Source: Pyrodictium abyssi
Lineage (GTDB): Archaea > Thermoproteota > Thermoprotei_A > Sulfolobales > Pyrodictiaceae
Assembly (NCBI RefSeq): GCF_036323395.1
Contig: NZ_AP028907.1
Coordinates: 840,001 to 872,000 of the forward strand
DNA: 32,000 bases
Direction of reading: 5' to 3'
This document shows, in pieces, positions 24,504-32,000 of the stretch. The notes under the pieces are model-generated. The model was not told the DNA's origin and did not search any database. It saw nothing but the letters and a program-made list of their open reading frames with translations. Each line of letters starts with the position of its first letter. Positions within the stretch are counted from its first letter, which is position 1. The translations under genes and the position numbers were made by a program.

Positions 24504-25142
24504 ATGCGGTATTGGGGTGGACGAGGTATGGCCCTACAGCGGCCCAGGAGGCTAGACTTTCTGAGGCATATAGTGAACCGGATACTAGCGGAATCGGGTG
24601 CTTCAAGACAACTAGTAGACGACATACGTAGGATGGTTGGGAGGGCTGAAGATAAGTATAAGTTTAACGCTTTCGGCGGCAACGTAGAAAGACTGGCAGA
24701 CTATCTGCGCAGCCGTGACTTCGACGACCTAGTGACGCTGGTACGCGCTGACCGAAGTGGCCAAGGAATTGAACTGCTCAAGCGTATACTTGAAGAAGCT
24801 AAGAAGGCATATAGCGATGTACCAGGGGTTGTTGAAGCCATAGAGGCTAGGCTTAGGGAACTCGAGTCGCATGAAACATCAAAGACTAAGAGCAAGGCTG
24901 CAACACTCCATACTGTACTTAAAGACCTAGAGAAGCTCCAAGCCAAGGTAGAGTTCGACGAGGAGAGGAACGAAGTCCGGGTGACAGCACTGGATGGCAA
25001 GTTTACTGCAACGGTGAGCTACGACGAGAAGAGCAACGCCTTCACACTCGTATACAGAGCCGAAGGTACTGTAGAGCTTTCATCGCCAAGCGAGGTTCAA
25101 GAGTACCTAAAGAAGATGCTATCAACGCTACAAGGCAAGTAG
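24504..25142 (+). CDS. hypothetical protein (helical/coiled-coil middle region)
   Basis: 212-aa ORF. The antisense ORF is Ser-rich shadow. No family recognised. Confidence 0.5.
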   Translation: MRYWGGRGMALQRPRRLDFLRHIVNRILAESGASRQLVDDIRRMVGRAEDKYKFNAFGGNVERLADYLRSRDFDDLVTLVRADRSGQGIELLKRILEEAKKAYSDVPGVVEAIEARLRELESHETSKTKSKAATLHTVLKDLEKLQAKVEFDEERNEVRVTALDGKFTATVSYDEKSNAFTLVYRAEGTVELSSPSEVQEYLKKMLSTLQGK

Positions 25143-25160
25143 CTCCTAATCCTAGAGTTT

Positions 25161-26255
25161 CTAGTCCGCTGTTTGCTTGGCAGACTTTTTGCGGCCAAAT
25201 AGTGCTAGGAGGCCTTTCAACACGTATCGTATACTAGTAAGCTTCCCGTTGAGCCATGCTTCTATGAAATCGTCGTCCAGGTTTTCAAACACTCTCTTGA
25301 GGCCTGCGCCACCTAGTAAGGACGCCATTTTAAGCATCAGTGAATGCAATTTCACTTCCTGAGCAAGAGGCTTTACCTTATTCATGTACTTATTCACGTC
25401 GAGTACCACGTCCCCGTTTTCCTCGATTTCTATGGCGTCCGCGAGCGCTGCTGCAGAGAGCACAGCAGGACGTATCCCTTCACCACCTAGACTCATTATC
25501 AGCCCCGCAGCCTCGCCAACCTTTATCACGTTTCCTTGCGGCGTATACTCTATCTGGGGGTATATGGTCACTAGAGAGTATGCCTCATGAGTAGGGTTTA
25601 GGCTTTTGCCAGCGACTTTCTCTATCATTTTAAGAGCGTGCTCTCTGGGGCTGCTAACACCTACAAATCCGCCGCCTATATTGAGCATGTCACCGTGGGG
25701 GAATATCCAGGCTAAGCCTAGTCTTCTACCGCTCAATGCTAGGTAAACACTATCATCGTCAAGACCAGGGTTATCGGCATATGCCCTCCATACCAGTATC
25801 TTTACGCCCTTAGACGAGTATGGCCCCCTTGCATCAACCACTATGCTGTACTGCCGTGCGAGCTTCAAAGGTGTTACACTCTTATGGACTATGTTTAAGT
25901 TCCTTCGTATCTTGTTTACCCAGGAACTTTTCTCTATAGAGTACCAGAGGGTGTATGCCGACTCATACTCTCGTACAATATTATCTCCAACAATGAATAC
26001 GAACCTCTTGATCCTGTTTACTACTTTGGGTATTTCTACTCCAAGTGACGGTAGGATAGTGTCAACTAGCCGGGTCGGAACAACTTCTCCACACGGCTTG
26101 GTGTAGGATCGCAACATGTCATAAATTGTTATGTCGAGGACGTTTTTGCTGACTAGCAGCTGTGCGAGCACTGATCCAGCGACGCCAGCCCCTACTACGG
26201 CTACTCCGGCTCTACTCACGGTATACGCCCAGCTACTGGGATTCTGCGTACGCAT
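25161..26255 (-). CDS. FAD-dependent geranylgeranyl-reductase-family oxidoreductase
   Basis: VAVVGAGVAGSVLAQLL (GxGxxG), KPCGE and VGEAAGLIMSLGGEGI follow the GGR-family pattern. Confidence 0.75.
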   Translation of the reverse strand: MRTQNPSSWAYTVSRAGVAVVGAGVAGSVLAQLLVSKNVLDITIYDMLRSYTKPCGEVVPTRLVDTILPSLGVEIPKVVNRIKRFVFIVGDNIVREYESAYTLWYSIEKSSWVNKIRRNLNIVHKSVTPLKLARQYSIVVDARGPYSSKGVKILVWRAYADNPGLDDDSVYLALSGRRLGLAWIFPHGDMLNIGGGFVGVSSPREHALKMIEKVAGKSLNPTHEAYSLVTIYPQIEYTPQGNVIKVGEAAGLIMSLGGEGIRPAVLSAAALADAIEIEENGDVVLDVNKYMNKVKPLAQEVKLHSLMLKMASLLGGAGLKRVFENLDDDFIEAWLNGKLTSIRYVLKGLLALFGRKKSAKQTAD

Positions 26256-26257
26256 AC

Positions 26258-26272
26258 TAATCAGCAGAGCGC
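26258..26272 (+). repeat. copy 1 of 15-nt direct repeat TAATCAGCAGAG[C/T]GC
   Basis: It begins 3 nt from the start codon (26253-26255) of the GGR-like gene, in the divergent intergenic region. Confidence 0.6.
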
Positions 26273-26391
26273 GGTGGGCTCCGGTGCTGGGTGCGTATCT
26301 GGCATGCTGATAAAGCTAGTTACATGGATGCACCCGTAACATATTTGGGGCGCCAGAGTTAAAGATGGGGATTGCTGCAGTGTAAGCATGG

Positions 26392-26406
26392 TAATCAGCA
26401 GAGTGC
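26392..26406 (+). repeat. copy 2 of 15-nt direct repeat TAATCAGCAGAG[C/T]GC
   Basis: 14/15 identical to copy 1 and 134 nt downstream of it. About 47 nt upstream of ATG 26453. Confidence 0.6.
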
Positions 26407-26452
26407 AGTCGTTTTTGGCTAACGCTGCCTTAGCCGTCTATACGCCCAGACT

Positions 26453-26785
26453 ATGAACGTGGTGATAGCCGTGGCCGGCACACGCATATCCAATGAGGAG
26501 CTGGATAAGATTCTAAGCCAGGCCGAGGAAAAGGAGCGTAAAGACCCTAAGAAGAGATGGATAACACGTATGATGCGTAGCGCTAAGCAATATCACAAGA
26601 TGTGCCCATACTACGACAAGCGTACTGGCAAGTGTTTCCTAAAGCTTGGCGAGAAGTGTGAACGCGACGGCAAGTTCGACGGCTGCCCAGTATTCATAGA
26701 ATGGCTTTCACAGAAGTATGACGAGCTGAAGTCAAAGGGCAGACCCCTACCAATGGACTTCCTCGACTTGACGTTATCAGTCTAA
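26453..26785 (+). CDS. small protein with one 4-Cys 'CP-aromatic' module
   Basis: 110 aa. CPYYDKRTGKC ... CERDGKFDGCPVF has the same pattern as the two modules in ORF 29522-29944. Confidence 0.5.
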   Translation: MNVVIAVAGTRISNEELDKILSQAEEKERKDPKKRWITRMMRSAKQYHKMCPYYDKRTGKCFLKLGEKCERDGKFDGCPVFIEWLSQKYDELKSKGRPLPMDFLDLTLSV

Positions 26786-26918
26786 CACGGTAACATACTA
26801 TAGCTGTCAACCACTCTCCCAGCAACAGCCACAATTCTGTTTATTGCACGAGCTCCAGTTATTGCCGCAAAATGCTTAACGTCTTTTTAGCATAATATTC
26901 TCATGGCTGTAGTCTGGC

Positions 26919-27311
26919 TTAGTTTACTATTCTGAGCCCATTACCCACCAACGCTATAGCCGTGATTATACCCATAGCAGCCGCCATCGATGTCAGCATG
27001 GTATTCCTGCCTTCTTCAAGCAGAATGTTTGGCAGGGTAAATATGGCTATGAGCTTTAGTGGAAGAGTGCTAGCCGCAACTATTGCTGCAACGTTAAACA
27101 AGTACGGAGAATAGAGTATCACTATCCTCCTAAGTCCCTGCGGATCACCATCGACTCTGACAGAGAGGGAAGGAAGTATGCCGTCAGACGCTATATACAT
27201 CCGTGCTCTATACCCAAGCAGCCGGGCAGACACATAGTGCAACATCTCGTGAACAACCATATACAATATCGACCATGTAGCCAGGCTAACATAGACCTCT
27301 ATAATGTTCAC
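26919..27311 (-). CDS. polytopic membrane protein with HExxH motif (DUF3267-like putative zincin)
   Basis: 130 aa. VVHEMLHYVSARLLGY follows the first TM segment, with 3-4 hydrophobic segments in total. Confidence 0.55.
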   Translation of the reverse strand: MNIIEVYVSLATWSILYMVVHEMLHYVSARLLGYRARMYIASDGILPSLSVRVDGDPQGLRRIVILYSPYLFNVAAIVAASTLPLKLIAIFTLPNILLEEGRNTMLTSMAAAMGIITAIALVGNGLRIVN

Positions 27312-27441
27312 AGCTAACCCCTAGCCGCATAAGGGAGCCATAACATCTCAAAAGCGTTGGCATGAAACTTTTACCTGCGTCTTAGAAGCTGTGGTGCGTT
27401 AAGAGAGGCGAAACTTCTCATGCTCCTATAAAACGTGAACA

Positions 27442-27750
27442 CTAGATGTAGTATGCGTAGTATCTTCCCTCTTCGTCACTTTCGACGATACCCTCCTCAG
27501 CCAGCTTGTTGAGTGCATAGCGTATCTTGTCTTCGCTTGCCAGGCCCGAGAGTATGGAATGAAGTTCACGTACAGTCATCGGTCTTTCCCTGAGGAGGCG
27601 TAGAATTATGTCTCTTAACTGGTCCTCGTTCGGGGCCACAACCACAACTACTTCTTCGTCTTCATAGAGCTTGTGGAGGACAATGTCTTTGTTGTATACG
27701 TAGGTTTCCTGCTCCTCGGTATAGTTGTTCTGCCTAGGGCTGACCGACAC
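27442..27750 (-). CDS. winged-helix DNA-binding protein
   Basis: ILRLLRERPMTVRELHSILSGLASEDKIRYALNKLAEEGIVESDEEGRYYAY is an ArsR/MarR-like wHTH. Confidence 0.6.
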   Translation of the reverse strand: MSVSPRQNNYTEEQETYVYNKDIVLHKLYEDEEVVVVVAPNEDQLRDIILRLLRERPMTVRELHSILSGLASEDKIRYALNKLAEEGIVESDEEGRYYAYYI

Positions 27751-27923
27751 GGCCCCACGCCTCCGGGGTTTATAGCCGCACGTCTACACCCTTATATAGG
27801 GGTTAGATTATGGCCTTATGGTCGCTCATCATACAGTCTAGATGAATCTGCGTATTATTTTCCCGGAAACTACCTCGGCAAAGCATTCTGCCTTGTAACT
27901 GTATCTGAGGGGATGTATCGTCT

Positions 27924-28301
27924 ATGACGCTTAGACTGCGAACGAATCTGCTAGGGCTCTGCGGGCAGCTCGAGGCCCTCAGAGTTAACCTTGAACGATA
28001 TAGGGATAGGTATAGCGCAAAACTTTCAAGCATTAACCCCTCCGAAGACCCTGGAGCCGAGAGACTTAGGACTATCATATCGAGAATACTCGAGAACATT
28101 GACGGTGTCACGAGGGCTGTTGACAATATAAGCAATCTTGTATGCTCCGGCGAGCCCTCAATAGCATCCATTGTAAAGGCTTACCACATAGCAGACAGGA
28201 CCTACTACCGGTTTATCGTAGGCCGTGACGCACCCATACCAGCGTCTATAAGGTCAGCGTTCTACGAGATATATAGGACGCTTAAATTAATGGCTATATA
28301 G
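27924..28301 (+). CDS. hypothetical helical protein
   Basis: 125-aa ORF. The competing minus-strand ORF 27803-28171 is Ser/Leu-rich shadow. Confidence 0.45.
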   Translation: MTLRLRTNLLGLCGQLEALRVNLERYRDRYSAKLSSINPSEDPGAERLRTIISRILENIDGVTRAVDNISNLVCSGEPSIASIVKAYHIADRTYYRFIVGRDAPIPASIRSAFYEIYRTLKLMAI

Positions 28302-28450
28302 CATCTGCCGCGGGGTCAACGGCCTAAAGCGTCGTCACCACTATTATCAGTAGAGGCCTTTACCTATCATCCCCCACATACTTCACCGGCTAAGACAGTT
28401 TGATTATATAGCTTCCAGCCGTTTCCGGGCTAGCATAACGGGGCCGAGGC

Positions 28451-28810
28451 TTGCAGCTAATCGACATCATCCGTACCAGCCTCAGAGCCGCGAAGGTCCC
28501 AGGGCAAGTGTCAGCTAAGGCTATAGCGCTCGTGGAGGAGGTACTAGAGACCTACAACATAAGGAGCACCAAGGAGCTCTACGAGCTACCCGACTGGAAC
28601 TTATGGCTTATACTAATCAAGTCGCTACTATCACCGCTCGCTAGAACTCTGCGCAAAGAGGGATACTGCCATGCTAACAGCTTCCTGGTAGGCGCCCTCA
28701 TGACTCTCGACGAGCGGATAGCAACTATGATACGAGAATGGGTTAAAGCCAGATGTGGCGCCGGCAATGATCCATGCTGCAAGAATCCTCCATGCTGTAA
28801 CATAGTCTAG
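28451..28810 (+). CDS. hypothetical protein with C-terminal cysteine cluster (CGAGNDPCCKNPPCCNIV)
   Basis: 119-aa ORF with TTG start. It has a helical body, and five Cys fall in the last 18 residues. Confidence 0.45.
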   Translation: MQLIDIIRTSLRAAKVPGQVSAKAIALVEEVLETYNIRSTKELYELPDWNLWLILIKSLLSPLARTLRKEGYCHANSFLVGALMTLDERIATMIREWVKARCGAGNDPCCKNPPCCNIV

Positions 28811-28865
28811 GGCCCCAGTCTCCACTAAGCGTTACAGCCATTTCTGATGCGCTCTACCGGGGAGA

Positions 28866-29471
28866 GTGGGAGGAGCCTTGCCGGAGAAGCTAGACTTTTC
28901 CAACGTACCTCTACGACCGACGTCCAAGAGGGAAATCAGGCTTCTCGAAACCGCGCTGATAGTAGGTACGTTGTACAGGCCCGACATAATGGAGCTTATA
29001 AGGGACCCCCTCGAGAAGGCTACATGGCTAGATAGCCTAGCTGTTGCGGCTGCTGCTCTTGCCAGGGAGAAGGCCGGGTACACAGTGAGCCAGATAGCGG
29101 AGGAGCTAGGCCGCAGCGAGACCACTATACGTGCACATCTAAGCGGCAAGACTAAGGCCGGCAAGATAGTCAGGGAGACCTACGAGAAGCTTGCAAGAGG
29201 ACAACTAGAACTATCCATACCATTCATCGCCGGTGGCCAGCAAGAGCTAAGCGAGGAGCTAGAGGAGCTTAGGCTGGAAAACGAGAAGCTGAGGAAAGAG
29301 CTCGAACAATGCCGCGAGATAGAAACAATTAGGAAACAACTAGAGGAGATACGGGGAGAAATAGGGAAGCTAGAGGCAGAGAAAAAGGAACTCGAGACCC
29401 GGCTCGAAGAATGCGCGGAGAAGGCGAAACTGATAGAAGAGATACGTAGCCTAGTCTGCGGCACCCAATAG
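28866..29471 (+). CDS. HTH (sigma-r4/LuxR-like) plus long coiled-coil protein
   Basis: YTVSQIAEELGRSETTIRAHL is followed by about 80 aa of heptad-like E/K/L repeats (ELEELRLENEKLRKELEQ...). Confidence 0.6.
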   Translation: MGGALPEKLDFSNVPLRPTSKREIRLLETALIVGTLYRPDIMELIRDPLEKATWLDSLAVAAAALAREKAGYTVSQIAEELGRSETTIRAHLSGKTKAGKIVRETYEKLARGQLELSIPFIAGGQQELSEELEELRLENEKLRKELEQCREIETIRKQLEEIRGEIGKLEAEKKELETRLEECAEKAKLIEEIRSLVCGTQ

Positions 29472-29521
29472 TAATCATTCATTGCACTGTCTGTGCGAGG
29501 ATCCAAGCCGCTATGATGTAG

Positions 29522-29944
29522 GTGGCTGGGTTGCCGTGCCCATGGTATAGAGGTGGGCTGTGCACATCACCCAAGCTATCGAGGCCATCATCTGCTGTTA
29601 CATCGCCTACCCGATGCCAAGGCGACGAGGCCGAGTACGTGGCCTGCCAGTTCTACGTGGACCCCGAGAGTGGGCGTAAGCAGCGCTCACCACTAGAGGC
29701 TGGTATGAGGCCAGCTATTGCCGAGCAGCTACGCCCATATCCACCTATACACCTTGTCCATGCCAGGCCGCGGTCACGCTGCCCATTCATGAAGGTGTAC
29801 GACTACAGTGGTGGGTATCTAGCGCAGTGCCGGGTGCTGAATAGGCTTCTAACACGGAGCGAGGTGGAGACTTGCGATAAGTACTGGTCTTCGTGCCCAT
29901 TCTACAAGATGGGCCTGCATCAGAAAACCTCGGAGCTACAGTAG
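29522..29944 (+). CDS. Cys-rich protein with two 4-Cys 'CP-aromatic' modules
   Basis: CPWYRGGLC...C-x9-CQFY and CPFMKVYDYSGGYLAQC...CDKYWSSCPFY. Confidence 0.5.
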   Translation: MAGLPCPWYRGGLCTSPKLSRPSSAVTSPTRCQGDEAEYVACQFYVDPESGRKQRSPLEAGMRPAIAEQLRPYPPIHLVHARPRSRCPFMKVYDYSGGYLAQCRVLNRLLTRSEVETCDKYWSSCPFYKMGLHQKTSELQ

Positions 29945-29949
29945 GCCGT

Positions 29950-30267
29950 TTAGACTGCTATACTCGCCGGCGGGAGCGGGAAGCCAGCTACACCCACGCC
30001 TACCACACCGCTTGCCATGGCAAGTAGGTAGTCGGCGAGTTTCTCCGGATCAGTCTTGATTGAAGGTAGGTATACCTCTACGTTGTTTACTAGCACTATG
30101 GGCTCGAAGGAGTCTTCGATGTCCAGTGCTGGCACCGTTACCTCGGTGTAGTCCACGACAATGCCAAGATCCCTTAGCGTATCTACTACTGCTCTCGCGT
30201 TCTCCCTTACTCCATGGCTTATTGGACCATATCCATGTATTACTGTTATCTCGAGCACGGGCTGCAC
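29950..30267 (-). CDS. thioredoxin-fold-like protein lacking CxxC; paralogue of 1135-1581
   Basis: LEITVIHGYGPISHGVRENARAVVDTLRDLGI...PIVLVNNVEVYL aligns with IEIVIYGAFDAATEELIENARKAAKILREEYGI...PVLVINGREIAE. Confidence 0.5.
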   Translation of the reverse strand: MQPVLEITVIHGYGPISHGVRENARAVVDTLRDLGIVVDYTEVTVPALDIEDSFEPIVLVNNVEVYLPSIKTDPEKLADYLLAMASGVVGVGVAGFPLPPASIAV

Positions 30268-30418
30268 AGTGAGCCCCCGTCTCTTACCAGTCGCTGAGAT
30301 GCGGGCTGGTTAGACTGGCGCCACAATAATACGCTAGCTGAATATAATATTATTATAGCTGTGATACTTGATATAAGCTGTCGCCGCGAGCTAAAAGGCT
30401 ACACCGGGGGCAATAGCA

Positions 30419-31531
30419 GTGCAGGATGCACAGAAGCTCACCATAGATAAGAGGACGCTTAAACAGATAATAAAGGAGCTCAAGAAATGGAAAGCGCCCG
30501 CCACAGTACTGCTAAGCCTCTACATACCACCGGGTAGGCCGATAAGCGACGTAGCTAGCCTTCTCCGCACCGAGTACTCCATAACAGATAACATAAAGCT
30601 GAAGAGGACACGCGACGCTGTACAGCGTGCCCTATCAGCCGCAATGGATAGGCTGAGTAGGATTCAGAAGGTACCGCCAAACGGCCTAGTACTGTTCTGC
30701 GGCGAGGACATGGAGACCAGGGACTTCATATGCCTGATGTTCTCGCCGCCGGAGCCTGTTCCAGTATTCTTCTACCGTACAGACAAGTGGTTCCACACAG
30801 AGTTCCTCGAAGAGATGGTAGAGCACGAGGAAACATTCGGGCTGGTGATAGTAGAAAGGGACCAGGCCACTATAGGCCTGCTGAAGGGCAGCAGGATACA
30901 GGTACTAGAGGAGCTGGAAGGCTATGTACCGGGTAAGCACCACAAGGGCGGCCAGAGCCAGAGGCGTTTCGACCGCCAGATAGAGCAGTTCGTTAAGGGC
31001 TTCTACCGCGAAGTAGCAGAGGCTATGAACAAGCACTTCCTGCCGCTTATCCAGAAGAATGTGCTGAAGGCCATCATACTCGGCGGGCCTGGCTACGCTA
31101 AGCAAGACTTCCTCGAGGATGCCAAGGACTTCCTAGACTACCGTGTACGCCAGAAAATAGCGAGGGAAACCATAGACGTGGCATACCAGGGCGAGGCGGG
31201 GCTCCGCGAACTAGTAATAAAGGCCTCCGAGATTATAGCCAAGAACAAGTATGCAGAGCTAGTAAAGGCCATTGAGGAGTTTAAGCTCCACCTAGCCAAG
31301 GATGATGGCCTCGCGGTCTACGGCGACAAGATGGTGAAGCAAGCCCTCCAGATGGGTGCGCTAAAAGTCATAATACTCGACGAGGAGCGTGACGATGCGG
31401 AGCTGCTGGCAGACGAGGCCAAGAAGTACGGCACCCAGGTATACTTCCTGAGCGGCGACATACCCGAGGCAGAATGGATACGAAAAACCTTCAAGGGCCT
31501 GGTAGGTATACTCCGCTTTAGGCTCTCATAA
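30419..31531 (+). CDS. prf1: peptide chain release factor aRF1
   Basis: HHKGGQSQRRF (GGQ), LYIPPGRPISDV and VPPNGLVLFCGE are collinear with eRF1/aRF1. The codon-recognition motifs read NIKL and YRTDKWF. Confidence 0.95.
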   Translation: MQDAQKLTIDKRTLKQIIKELKKWKAPATVLLSLYIPPGRPISDVASLLRTEYSITDNIKLKRTRDAVQRALSAAMDRLSRIQKVPPNGLVLFCGEDMETRDFICLMFSPPEPVPVFFYRTDKWFHTEFLEEMVEHEETFGLVIVERDQATIGLLKGSRIQVLEELEGYVPGKHHKGGQSQRRFDRQIEQFVKGFYREVAEAMNKHFLPLIQKNVLKAIILGGPGYAKQDFLEDAKDFLDYRVRQKIARETIDVAYQGEAGLRELVIKASEIIAKNKYAELVKAIEEFKLHLAKDDGLAVYGDKMVKQALQMGALKVIILDEERDDAELLADEAKKYGTQVYFLSGDIPEAEWIRKTFKGLVGILRFRLS

Positions 31532-31766
31532 CCCTCACCTAGCACCTACAGCCATCCCGCTGCATACTACGATTCCCCGTCCCCGGGCTTTAGGGCGGGT
31601 ATTCTCTGTAAGGAAAGGCCTACGGGCGGCACAGAGCTATAGGGTAGGCACATCTCTACCATCTCTGGAGCTGCAGCCCCCGGGTCTCAGGCTCAAGTAC
31701 CGCGCCAGCCACCCCAGGCAAAGGATGCCCTAGGAACGAGACGACCAGGGGAAGAGGAGACCCTGC

Positions 31767-32000
31767 TTGGGGCGGCGTATACCTCCACAACTATGTGCTA
31801 GGTGTAAAGGCTACAAGAAGCTCTGCGGCCTCCCCGCATGCCCTATCCTAGAGAAGTTCCGGCTCCAAGCAGAGGCAGTCTCAAGGATACAGGGTGGGCG
31901 AGAAGTCGAAGGGGCTACACCTCCAAGCATAGTTGTTGGCGAGGCTGGCTATCCTCGTGTACCACTACTCTTCAACATACCTCCGGGCGCATATGGTGAC
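31767..32000 (+). CDS. NreA-like (DUF650/DUF651, COG1602) protein, 5' part; runs off the window
   Basis: The frame is open from TTG 31767 to the window end. It translates to (M)GRRIPPQLCARCKGYKKLCGLPACPILEKF...GATPPSIVVGEAGYPRVP, the N-terminal signature I associate with Nre proteins. It is absent from the ORF track because no stop lies in the window. Confidence 0.55.
   Translation, partial: MGRRIPPQLCARCKGYKKLCGLPACPILEKFRLQAEAVSRIQGGREVEGATPPSIVVGEAGYPRVPLLFNIPPGAYGD

Noticed and set aside
27803-28171. 122-aa minus-strand ORF competing with ORF 27924-28301
   Set aside because: It is a Ser/Leu-rich low-complexity translation, while the plus-strand product has a normal helical-protein composition.
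1-32000. Window-wide look for CRISPR repeats, tRNA T-arm/acceptor signatures, rRNA genes, IS/integrase genes, PIN/VapBC-type or known defence genes
   Set aside because: None was recognisable by eye. The only rRNA-like signal is the 17-nt 16S-like fragment, which I report as a finding.

Overview
Gene-dense chromosomal window that reads as core genome of a hyperthermophilic crenarchaeon. The lineage (Desulfurococcales/Pyrodictiaceae-like) is my inference, not a search result. Supporting content: archaeal aRF1, LeuRS, SerRS, SHMT, an NMD3 homologue, a Tes/GDGT-MAS-like tetraether synthase, a geranylgeranyl-reductase paralogue, TatD, a PfkB kinase and several radical-SAM enzymes. I call 38 complete CDS plus one 3'-open CDS. 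By hand count 25 end in TAG, 8 in TAA and 5 in TGA. I found no rRNA, tRNA, CRISPR array, transposase/integrase or recognisable defence or toxin-antitoxin genes, so I cannot point to a clear-cut new system. Items worth a second look: (1) three unrelated radical-SAM genes back to back, ending in the Tes-like gene; (2) the conserved LeuRS N-terminal motif lies upstream of the first ATG/GTG/TTG; (3) several intergenic box C/D sRNA candidates, one with a guide fully complementary to the archaeal 16S 530-loop consensus and one complementary to a generic tRNA 5' segment; (4) a 17-nt copy of a universally conserved 16S segment inside a 467-bp intergenic region; (5) a 3.8-kb block of small lineage-specific ORFs (26.4-30.3 kb) with three copies of a 4-Cys 'CP-aromatic' module, a Cys-cluster C-terminal tail, two HTH proteins and an HExxH membrane protein; (6) aRF1 deviates in both stop-codon-recognition motifs (NIKL, YxTxxxF) in a TAG-dominated window. 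All family assignments come from motif reading and memory of family consensus. No database search was run.
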